From Pecten maximus (lineage: Eukaryota): DNA of 64,000 nucleotides. Positions 52,110 through 64,000 of the stretch are shown one piece after another. Position numbers and translations under genes: made by a program. Under the pieces are notes generated by a model. That model saw only the letters and a program-made list of their open reading frames with translations, did not search any database and was not told where the DNA came from. Positions within the stretch are counted from its first letter, which is position 1, and each line of letters begins with the position of its first letter. Where the stretch lies: assembly GCF_902652985.1 (NCBI RefSeq), contig NC_047017.1, positions 19,592,001-19,656,000 on the forward strand, read 5' to 3'.

Positions 52110-54835
52110 CTGGATTTGGATATGTCGATACGTATCTGGAGGTGATATGTGTAATGAATCTGGAGGTGATATGTGTTATGAATCTGGAGTTGTATATGTG
52201 TTATGAATCTGGAGTTGGATATGTGTTATGAATCTGGAGTTGGACGTGTTATGAATCTGGAGGTGATATGTGTTATGAATCTGGAGTTGGATATGTTTTG
52301 TGAATCTGGAGTTGGATATGCGTTATGAATCTGGAGTTGGATATATCGTTATGAATCTGGAGTTGGATATGTCGTTATGAATCTGGAGTTGGATATGTGT
52401 TATGAATCTGGAGGTGATATGTGTTATGAATCTGGAGTTGTATATGTGTTATGAATCTGGAGTTGGATATGTGTTATGAATCTGGAGTTGGACGTGTTAT
52501 GAATCTGGAGGTGATATGTGTTATGAATCTGGAGTTGGATATGTTTTGTGAATCTGGAGTTGGATATGTGTTATGAATCTGGAGTTTGATATGTCGTTAT
52601 GAATCTGGAGTTGGAGGTGTCGTTATGAATCTGGAGTTGGATATGCGTTATGAATCAGGAGTTGAATATGTCGTTATGAATCAGGAGTTGGATACGTTAT
52701 CTGCAGTTGGATATGTGTTATGAATCTGGAGTTGGATATGTTGTTATGAATCTGGAGTTGGATATGTGTTATGAATCTGGAGTTGGATATGTGTTATGAA
52801 TCTGGAGTTGGATATGTCGTTATGAATCTGGAGTTGGATATGTCGTTATGAATCTGGAGTTGGATATGTCGTTATGAATCTGGAGTTGGATATGTGTTCT
52901 GCATCTGGAGTTGGATATGTGTTCTGAATCTGGAGTTAGATATGTGTTCTGAATCTGGAGTTGGATATGTTATCTGGAGTTGGATATGTGTTATGAATCT
53001 GGAGTTGGATATGTCGTTATGAATCTGGAGTTGGATATGTTATCTGGAGTTGGATATGTGTTATGAATCTGGAGTTGGATATGTCGTTATGAATCTGGAG
53101 TTGGATATGTGTTATGAATCTGGAGTTGGATATGCTATCTGGAGTTGGATATGTGTTATGAATCAGGAGTTGAATATGTCGTTATGAATCAGGAGTTGGA
53201 TACGTGTTATGAATCTGGAGTTGGATATATCGTTATGAATCTGGAGTTGGAAGTGTCGTTATGAATCAGGAGTTGGATATGTCTTTATGAATCTGGAGTT
53301 GGATATGTGTTATAAATCTGGAGTTGGATATGTGCTATTAATCTGGAGTTGGATATGTCGTTATGAATCTGGAGTTGGATATGTCTTTATGAATCTGGAG
53401 TTGGATATGTCGTTATGAATCTGGAGTTGGATATGTCGTTATGAATCTGGAGTTGGATATGTCGTTATGAATCTGGAGTTGAATATGTCGTTATGAATCA
53501 GGAGTTGGATACGTGTTATGAATCTGGAGTTGGATATATCGTTATGAATCTGGAGTTGGATATGTCGTTATGAATCAGGAGTTGGATATGTCTTTATGAA
53601 TCTTGAGTTGGATATGTGTTATAAATCTGGAGTTGGATATGTGCTATAAATCTGGAGTTGGATATGTCGTTATGAATCTGGAGTTGGATATGTCTTTATG
53701 AATCTGGAGTTGGATATGTCGTTATGAATCTGGAGTTGGATATGTCGTTATGAATCTGGAGTTGGATATGTGTTCTGAATCTGGAGTTGGATACGTTATC
53801 TGCAGTTGGATATGTGTTATGAATCTGGAGTTGGATATGTTGTTATGAATCTGGAGTTGGATATGTGTTATGAATCTGGAGTTTGATATGTTATGAATCT
53901 GGAGTTTGATATGTCGTTATGAATCTGGAGTTGGATATGTGTTCTGAATCTGGAGTTGGATATGTCGTTATGAATCTGGAGTTGGATATGTCGTTATGAA
54001 TCTGGAGTTGGATATGTCGTTATGAATCTGGAGTTGGATATGTCGTTATGAATCTGGAGTTCAATCTGGAGTTGGATATGTGTTCTGAATCTGGAGTTGG
54101 ATATGTGTTCTGAATCTGGAGTTGGATATGTTATCTGGAGTTGGATATGTGTTATGAATCTGGAGTTGGATATGTCGTTATGAATCTGGAGTTGGATATG
54201 TTATCTGGAGTTGGATATGTGTTATGAATCTGGAGTTGGATATGTCGTTATGAATCTGGAGTTGGATATGTGTTATGAATCTGGAGTTGGATATGCTATC
54301 TGGAGTTGAATATGTGTTATAAATCTGGAGTTGGATATGTCGTTATGAATCTGGAGTTGGATATGTGTTATGAATCTGGAGTTGGATATGTTATCTGGAG
54401 TTGGATATGTGTTATAAATCTGGAGTTGGATATGTCGTTATGAATCTGGAGTTGGATATGTTATCTGGATTTGGATATGTCGTTATGAACCTGGAGTTGG
54501 ATATGTGTTATGAATCTGGAGTTGGATATGTGTTATGAATCTGGAGTTGGATATGTGTTATGAATCTGGAGTTGGATATGTGTTATGAATCTGGAGTTGG
54601 ATGTGTCGTTATGAATCTGGAGTTGGATATGTCGTTATGAATCTGGAGATGGATATGTGTTATGAATCTGGAGTTGGATATGTGTTATGAATCTGGAGTT
54701 GGATATGTGTTATGAATCTGGAGTTGGATATGTCGTTATGAATCTGGGGATGGATATGTCGTTATGAATCTGGAGTTGGATATGTCGTTATGAATCTGGA
54801 GTTGGATATGTCGTTATGAGTCTGGAGTAAGATAT
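52110..54835. repeat. 2.7-kb 25/26-bp minisatellite (GAATCTGGAGTTGGATATGT(C)GTTAT)
   Basis: Roughly 100 tandem copies with blocks of shared variants. Confidence 0.97.
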
Positions 54836-54898
54836 GCCAGTAACCTGTATATATATATATATATAAGAACAATGAACAGGTATAAGTTTCTTCAACCC

Positions 54899-54904
54899 TT
54901 TATT
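54899..54904 (-). terminator. Candidate poly(A) signal (AATAAA) ending a long NCX 3' UTR
   Basis: AATAAA on the minus strand at the edge of a 4.7-kb repeat-poor stretch below the NCX stop codon. Other AATAAA sites exist in the stretch. Confidence 0.3.
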
Positions 54905-57900
54905 GAAATGACAACCAAATTCAAATCAATTTCCACAATCAAGTCATAAGAAACACCACAATATCTAACGTGGAAAATAAACAGTTGTGGAATGGGAATA
55001 CCAAAAGGTTCAATGTTACTCTCTATAGTGTTGTGTTCAAAATATTCCAAACCATGCTAAACGTAAAAGTGAGAAAGCTTCAATGAGGTAACATCTGGAA
55101 ATTATAACATGTATAAATATCATAGCAATTGCACCAGCGAAAGCCGAAAATTAGCAGTATAGAAAATATTCATTAGCAGATTTCTCTGGTATTACAAACA
55201 TTGTTGGCCAAGTCTGTATATATCCCTAATTTTTTCTTGCTCATACCATGAGTATAATTTTGTTCATAAATGAGCTTATTTGCTCATGAAAAGATGGACT
55301 TACCAAATTAAGGGCATGGTCCCAATTTGACACATTACAAGTCAATAATTGTCTTTGTGTTACACCATTGTCCAGTTTAATTGATTTAGCAGTATCATTT
55401 AAATTTCATTGTTAAAATCTGGAAAGTATTAAAAATTTCATTATCACTAAAACACACACTTCTCATGAGCAAATATTTTAAAATAAACCTCCTGGTTATA
55501 ACATTGACCAACTTCCTCATTATTATTTTTCATTATAGTTAAGATAGAAAACAATCTGTTAACATAAAAATACTGATAAGACAAAATGAAAATGAAATCT
55601 AAATGATACTGCTCAAATCAATTAAACGATTGAATCTTGTTCAATAAGGTGATCAAAACTATAAGGGATTGTCTTTTCAAGGTCTGCCAGTGCAGCACTA
55701 ACATTTGGATTTCTGAGACAGTGCCATGAGCACAAGAGTATATATTGTCAGGCCACTTGACACCCTGTATAGTAGTACATGTTCAGCAGTCAAGGTGGAT
55801 ATTGTGGTCTGCCTCGCTACTGGTCAAACCTACACAGTAGACTGAAAACCACTGTAAGTTATAAAAATCTCATTGAACATGCAAAAATCTGCAGAGAATA
55901 TTGAACATTTACTGGTTAAAATAAGTACAATCAAAACATGTACAGGTCAAACAAAGTACGTTGAAAATATGTACTAGTAAAACCATGCACATTCTACACC
56001 GTGGATGTGAACTGGCAAAAAAACCTGCAAAAATAGACAAGAGACTCTACCAATTCTTACGTATAGTGGAGTGAATATCACTAATTTGAACATTCACGTC
56101 TAGTTATAAAACTGCAGATTAGAGAGCAGTAAAACACCAGTATATAAATACCACTCCTGGTAGATCGCCTATAGAAAGTTACCATAAACAAAACGCTGGG
56201 AATGCGACTACAGGGCTCTGAAATACATGCCTAAAATTATCTAGAAACATGTACAATAAGTTTGATAACCAACACAAATAGAATTCTAAATAGAGTATTT
56301 ACAGTAATAGTAATCTCTTTAAACAATTATAATCTGCATAGCTAAAGGACCGCTAAGAGGCCTACCTTAACCTTCGAACGTTCTCAACATGTACTGTGTA
56401 AATGATCAAAATTATGGACAATTTTTTTTTTTTATTAAAATCACTAACAGGGGAATAGGGGCACAATAATAATAATAATAATATAATAAGTCATCACATT
56501 TGATACAAAGGAGCAAATCATATGGACATTATATACATAGATGTGTGATGGAGTAAGGAAGACTATATACAAAGATGTTTGATGGAGAAGGAATGTAACA
56601 ACCATTGGTTAATAAGGTTGGGTATACACAGTTGCATGATTCAAGATAAAAAGTCAAGATAGGTCCCCTACTGACCATATACATTTTCATGCCCAAAAGA
56701 TCTAACTTCAAACAAAATTTTACTATGATATAATATTGTATTAAGGTGACACATACCCGAAAATGTCATAATTAATAGCTTGCATGTTATATGTAATTAA
56801 TTCTCTATGTACAGTGTCTATACAAAACAGGATTTAATAATATTCCAAACATCAGTATTGGACAGAAATGTTTGAACTCATTTTTATCTTAAATACAATG
56901 CATTAGTATATTTATTTTACAGAATATGCTATGCAACAGCTGTAAATAAATAACTATATATTGGCTACATGAGAGCATGATTAAACATTGTAATTTTAAA
57001 CTATTTAAAGTTATCCTAGAAAGTTAAGATCACTACAACAGTACTACAGTCGGATATTTCAGAGCAATAACGATACATGCGTATATAGTAATATAACTTT
57101 AATAATTGCTAATTAGCAGAAAGCTTATTTCTGAATCTACTTTTGATAATATTTTCATAAAGATGAAGTTGAAATTGAGAAATTTCATAAAGTATAATTA
57201 AAGTCTGTGCTAGTTTTGTTGATAATAACAACAAATATCAACGATAACAGCCAGTTGATCATTCAAACTGATCATTGTAGACCTTTCAAACAAATTACTG
57301 ACACGTTTTAACAGGAGTATATATACATTTTAAAGCTTTGGATAACAATTTTCATATTACAATTTCTGCAAAGTAAAAATTGTATAGTATACAACAATAA
57401 TTAAGATCACCAAACTGTTATGACTGTATTATATGCGTTATTTAAAAGTAACATCCTGTCATGGTAAATAAACTATAGTATTGTGTGCTATAATTCTACA
57501 GATAACTATTAATCCCACACGCAATAAATAAGACACTAACACATTCAGATTTATCAACAAACATTGTATAAATAAATTGTCACTTAATTGCAATTTTCAT
57601 GTCGTGAACAATAACATATTTCTTCACCAGAATATCAAAAAAAAAAAAAAAAAACATGTTAAAATACACTCTAGATTGTAATGGAGCACAGAAAACAGTA
57701 GTTCTTTGTGCAGCACTAACAAGTTCTTTTGCAAAAAATCACGGACATTCTTTGTATACATGGACACTATCTCATATTTTTTTCATGAATTTTCCTGTTT
57801 TTACTACAAATAAATTGTTTCATCATCAACTCTAAAAACATTCCTTGTACACTATAAGCTATGACAGGTTTTTGGAGCAATGAGTTATCACAAATCACCA

Positions 57901-59613
57901 AGAGTGACAGTTTAAAACAAAACTGTTCACACCAGTGCAAAATGGAACTGGGAGATCACACTATGTACAAAAACAGTTTATATACATCAACACTAGATTC
58001 TACTGGCTCCTGAGACAAAAAAAAAAACTTGCTGACTTTTGTTTCCTCGTTAGAATCAACGATTTAAAGTATGACCTTTGTTAATCACCTCAATAAAAAC
58101 ACACACTGAAAATCTAGTCATGTGACGATGAAACGTAAAATGCGAGTGATTTATGGGGTAAACAATGACTTAAATGCTGGAGACTGATGTGTTTAGATGA
58201 GGACTTAAATACAACTTTGATTATACACTGAAATCATAAATGAATATTTGATTTGTAACTCCATTTGTAATAAATACATCATATTAATTCAGACTTATGT
58301 TAATATTTTTTGGAAGTACCCGATATTTACTTTGCCTTTCAATTACATACATTTTAATTTTTTCTCTGGACAGTCGTCTTCAAGCAAGCAACTGACAACT
58401 GCTTGTTATAATGGTTAGAATGAGTATCACCGATTTAAATGGATGTTTACAGAAATTGTTTATGTATAATGCAAATAAACAAGTAAGTGGGCCACAGGGC
58501 AAATAAATAACTTAAATATCAATCATTATATAATTGTCTTTTGTATAAAATGATCTTTACAACTGCCACGAAAAATTAATCACTTTTTAATTTTCACAAA
58601 TCTATCCCAATCAGTTAGACTTCTACCGGATGTAGTGGATACCTACATTTATTACATAAATAATCTTAGGTTAATTATTATTTTCAATGTTATCCTGGCC
58701 TTATGAAGCTTTGCTTCTGTTCAGGTGTAAAAATTTTAAAAGAAAATAATAAATAAATAAACAAACAAAAAATCTTGCATTCACCTCTCAACAAACACTG
58801 GATGGAAATATTATTAAATTAGGATTCTGAGCAAATTTATCAACATCACTAGAGACAAAGCAATCTTTATGTTACTTTTGAGACAGGCCACTCAGTGTTC
58901 ACATATCTACATGCAATAAGGACGTTTCAAAAGAAACTCTAAAAAGTGAATTTAAAGCCCCTGATTTATTTTGTTCGCTCAAATTCGTCAATTCTAAACA
59001 GCAAATTAAACATAAATAAACTAAACAAAGTTTTATTTTTATTGCTAGATGTAGTACAACCCTTTTGGGTAGCAATTCATCATCTGTGACTAAGCGAACT
59101 ATGGATCTTACACTCTGTTTAGGTAAGTAAATCTACTACTTCCTGATTAATTACCACGGTAGACAAAAATTGACAATTACCCCACAAACTGAACACCAGT
59201 TGAATGTATGATATTTAAAATGAGTTAATACTGTAACATACCATTCTTTAACCACATCGCCATATAGACACACTTGTTCTGAACCACTCATTCAACACTG
59301 ATGATGTATCCGTATCATGAGTCACCACAGGCAGGCTGTACCACTGCCTCGTATTATCATCGACGTCTGTGAGAAACCTCCACGTTGTCATCCCGCTGTG
59401 GTTCCCTACACCACACCTCATCACCGACGTTAACCTCAATGTCCTTGGCATGACACTTCATTTTTGATTCAGCAAACTGGGCTGAAAATCTACACATCTT
59501 TGATGCATCATGGGCATCAGTCCTAGACCAAACTCTGGCCCTGCGGACTGGCACCTACTCAAGCTTAAGACATTCAGCTGGGTGGTGTGTATTGTCATGT
59601 TTAGAAACGCTAT

Positions 59614-62600
59614 TTAAAATCCAGGAATATAACAATAACTGACCAAGGAAGAAATAACGATGTAAATTAGCCACAATCCAACCAAAAACATGGAGGTTAA
59701 GTATTTCCTACGGACAGGTCCTCCGAGTTCTCCACCGAACTTACGACGGATCAAAATGATGATAACAGTGACGACTGCCTCAACACAGAAGACCGTTACT
59801 GACATAGCCAGAGTTCCTGGTACTACATTGAAGGTGTTGCCATTTGATGTGTGGTAGATGGCAGCCATGGACCAGGCTAGACCAATACCAAGGAACACAT
59901 TGACGGCGTTACTTCCTGTCACGTTACCGATGGACGAGTCGGCATACTCATCGTTAATAGCTGCTACCTTACTGGCAAATGTGTCTGAAATAAGAGAACA
60001 TCAAAAGTCAGCATCAAAGAGTGAAGACATAACGTTTTTGTATTTTTTTTCTTTTACAGAGTTAATTAAGTCCAATTGGTAAATCAATGCTATAGCATAA
60101 CTGATTTACTTCATATGTAGACTATAGCCCAACAGTTTGCTTGTCACCCTATCAAGATATTATGTTCAGAATTTGATAATAATGTACTATGAGTATGAGC
60201 TAAATCTGCCGACGATTAATATATTTTAGAGATACCATGTACAACACACAAGGCTTCATATATTTTAGAGATACCTTGTACAACACTATTTCATTTCAAA
60301 GGTGTTCCTAGTATTACCATCGACCATTTCACAATGACCATCAAAAATAATCAAGCGTTGAACTTGATCAGTGGGGGAGGGGTTGTATAATAAATAAAAT
60401 GACTGTATGTTAATTTGTTACTGATAATACCTGTAGTTTTCTATGAAGTAGCTTACATTATGTCTTAAGAGTTAACTCCCTTTGTTCAATTTGGAAGTTT
60501 TTCACAATTTGTCCTAACTGGTACATTTTGGCGATTTACATACATAGCTTCAAAACCCATATCACAAAATCAATCTCTTGACAAATATCAGTTATACATT
60601 ATCGCAATGTAATCTCCCAAAAATTATTGCTTATCAGCCATCCTTGCACCAGCCAGGCAATGTTTACTATGTCTGGTCACAGATGGGCTAATAAATAAAT
60701 TCAGTAGTAGAATTATAACATGATGTTAAAGTTGTAAAAAGGCTCCTGTCTTTCTGCCTTGGTTACCTGGAATACTGGTTCCAAGGGCAACAAAGGAGAT
60801 GGCAGTGACAGCATCCTTAAGTCCAATTGTACAACCAAAGCTTGAAGCCAGATCACCAATCAATCCGGTCAGTAAACCAATCATGAGAATGGAAACTGTG
60901 AAACACGCCCATCCACCGAAGTAGTCTGCAAGTAATTCACAAAGAATGTAGGACAAAATATCTTATATAACTAACTCTTATTTCAAAAAGAATGTAATAC
61001 AAAATTTCTAATATTTCAAAAAGAATGTAATACAAAATTTCTTATATAATAAACTCTTAATTCACAAAGAATGTAGGACAAAATTTCTAATATAAATAAC
61101 TCTTAATTCACAAAGAATGTAGTACAAAATTTCTAATATAAATAACTCTTAATTCACAAAGAATGTAGCCTATCTATAATTTCAATTGGGAGCTCAGCCC
61201 GTTATCACCTCAAAATGCCCTCAGAAAAAGCCACTGGTCAACATATTTCATTTCAATAATAAGCACCCACCTTAAAACAAGTATCATATATCCTTTCTGT
61301 CTGTTGTATAAATGCAGCAATATGTAGTGATAAGTATCACATAAAACAATATATATATATATATATGTGTGTGTGTGTATTGTAGTTAGCTGTAGTATAG
61401 TCTAAACAGTATCAGGTAACAGTCTGGAAACTGATATTCCCACTATCACTATATCAGTCTGATTCATGTCATGTAATATCTAATGGTTATACCTCAGCTC
61501 ACATCCAGCAGGATTAATACACATAATTTTCAATTCTGATTTCCATTCATATTTTTCTGTGAAAATAACACATTTTGTCAAACCTGGACTGAACACCATA
61601 TCATTGTACTACACTGTATCCATATTTAGACTTCAAAAGTAAAAACCTTTTATCCATGCATTATTGGTCTCACCTGTAGGAGGTACAAAAGCAAAGGTAA
61701 GTTTCCAGAACAGTGTGAGGAAGTGCATAACGTAGTCCATACAAGACGGAAGTTTCTCCTCTGCTTCTTCATCATCATCCTCACCTGAATAAAATATAAC
61801 CAGGTTTAATATAACAGTGCTCCATAGACTTCAATACATCACTCTTAAGATGTTTTACACTAATTACATGATATAGACAATAATGTACAAATATAGCATT
61901 CAACAATAAATCATAAATTGAAAAGTACATGTATATATATATTTTTACCATCCTTACATAACAACAAAAACAAAAATTAAAATTTTGTGCTGGAAAGTTT
62001 AAAAGAACAATAATATCAGATGAATTTTCTTCTCAAGAGGCCAGTAGCATGCTTGGACAAAGGGCTACCTATATTGTGCAAATGAATGTGTGAAATACTG
62101 CTTTAGCTGGGCCTCAAGCAAGTGACCTCACACTGGGCCTCAACCTTGCAACTTTTTGCTCTCTGAGTGAACATCTGACCACAAGCTAGGCTAAAGGAAA
62201 ATTACTGCAAGTCTTGATGTTTGGCCATTAGCCTGCTTGGATGAAGGGCTTCCAAATTTGTTCAAATAAATAGATTTGGTCTACTTTCAATGTCACGGGG
62301 GTCAAACATGTTGAAATCTTTCAACAGATTTTGATTTTTCACCCTATTTACCAATTGGTCATGGCACAAGGTCGTGACATTTGGCTAGTAGTATTAATAA
62401 CCATGACCTACTTTCAAGGTTACAGGGGTAGAATTAGTAAAGATCTAACACAGCTTTCTACTATAGAACCAGGGGATTTTGGAGTCATTATATTGAGTCA
62501 GTTTGAGGCAGGAGAAAAGGCTATATGTCAGGTAGACACCAGCTTTTACTACTACAAGGACGCCTCACCTCAAAATGACCCTGGCTATATTCTCACAGCC

Positions 62601-62864
62601 ATTAACCTAGCAAACAAATAACCAATGACACATGTTTTACATTCCCTCTTTCTAATTGTCTAGTAAAGGTGTACTCTGACCTTTTCCAGTAAGCTTCTGC
62701 ACTGTCATGGGGAATAATTAAGGCCTGTTGTCACACAACACTAGATCACCTGGAGTATACTTACCAGCACTGACTGTGATAGCCTCAACAAACTGCTCCC
62801 TCCAGGAAGACGTTCCAACAACCAGGGAAACATTAGCCTTCTTCAACAGCTTGTCGACCACATT
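59614..62864 (-). CDS. SLC8A: Sodium/calcium exchanger (SLC8/NCX family), last four coding exons; the gene continues beyond the window end
   Basis: Exons 62864-62765 (NVVDKLLKKANVSLVVGTSSWREQFVEAITVSA), 61784-61674 (LPSCMDYVMHFLTLFWK), 60925-60767 (GCTIGLKDAVTAISFVALGTSIP) and 59984-59614 (DTFASK...SIGNVTGSNAVNVFLG...YCYIPGF*). Alpha-2 repeat present and phases consistent. Confidence 0.95.
60934..61168. repeat. About 46-bp tandem repeat x5 abutting an NCX splice acceptor
   Basis: AATTCACAAAGAATGTAGGACAAAATTTCTAATATAAATAACTCTT units. Confidence 0.85.
62010..62450 (-). mobile_element. Degenerate Helentron/HINE-like fragment in an NCX intron
   Basis: Repeated GCTTGGA..AAGGGCT.CC..ATT.GT.CAAAT and CTACTTTCAAGGT.AC.GGGGT blocks. 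Confidence 0.45.
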
Positions 62865-64000
62865 CTGAGGAGAAAAACAATGAAAGTTCAACAAATGAAG
62901 TTAAAAATTACCAGAGGAATCGGTCATGAATTCTTCATCTTTTCACATATCTGCTCAGATTGAAGTAAATCGTATTTTGTACACAATGCTTGCTACATTG
63001 TATGTACAAAGGTAGTTAAAACAAGGATGTGATGGCACCATATAATTTGACCATATAATTATCTCCAAAGACTTTGCAGCACAACATTTCAACATATTTA
63101 CTGGGTACAATGCTTTAACATACAGTGAATTGTAAACAATTGAAGAATAACTAATAACAAAATACATGTTTACTCAAAAGTTTAAATTCAGCCCCCAAAA
63201 CAGCAGTTAATAGATTATAAACCTTCAAAATGAATGTAAAATATTTGCTACTTTTTCTTTCTTAACTTTCATTTTCTCTTTTTTTTTGTTTATATGGTCA
63301 TGAAACATTTCAAAGTCTTTTAACAAAAGAGAGATAATTTAATTTCTTGAAAATAAAGTCAGATATCCTATAGCTACTGTTTTTTTTCTACATTTGAAAA
63401 TTTTCTGAGAACAAATGATTGATTTCCCAATACACATGTACTTCAGAGAGATTGTTCCAGAACAATTTCCACTTGGAAAATATTTCCTTGTAATAATTCT
63501 TTGTTATTTTTCCATAACAACATTTGTATTGATATTGGTTTATTCTAAGGCCATATAAACACAAATATAAACAGTTATCTGCTTTAGGACATATTCAATC
63601 CTTTCATTTCATGGTATCTGATCTGTAATGCATTATTTCGTATTTCATTATAAATTCTGTAACCCAACATTATGAGAAATTTTGGCAAAAGAAGGGTAGT
63701 GACATTGTGTCATAATTTCAACATAAATCAACAGTCTTGATTACATTTGTTGGTTAGGTACACATTTTTATAAGTGGTTGTTTGGTGCCATAATTGTATG
63801 TGTGACTAGTCCACAATATATTTACTTCAAAACTTTGCATCGATGACAGCCCCATGTCATTTGACTAAACTTTGAATGAGAGTATCTATGACAGCCCTTG
63901 TTCATTTGACCATTTTTAGATAATTCTCAAAACTATCTGATTTGAAAATCAATTTGTATGACTTGAGTATCATGATAGATTGTGTATAGGTGGTAATGTT

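Overview
AT-rich, intron-containing animal DNA; the repeat families suggest a bivalve mollusc, possibly a scallop (inference). Left: a complete 5-exon GPR180/TMEM145-family gene on the minus strand (11180->3917). Right: the last four coding exons of an SLC8/NCX Na+/Ca2+ exchanger on the minus strand. Between them is an expanded cluster of proline-racemase-family (L3HYPDH-like) genes. It has three tandem 5' cassettes of exons 1+2 only (A, B, C) ahead of a complete gene D (+), a complete gene E (-), and gene F (+) with a 2-bp deletion in exon 3. All three exon-4 copies encode DRSPCGSG, giving a Cys/Cys catalytic pair (racemase/epimerase type) instead of the Cys/Thr pair of the vertebrate dehydratase. 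The cluster shows recent remodelling: a tandem array joined by a foreign satellite-plus-palindrome spacer, a TIR transposon in cassette A with a possible excision scar at the same site in C, a 372-bp identical inverted tract shared by E and F, and P-element-type and Tc1-type excision footprints. The rest is truncated LINEs, SINEs, Helentron-like elements, MITEs and minisatellites. All coordinates and counts were read by eye.
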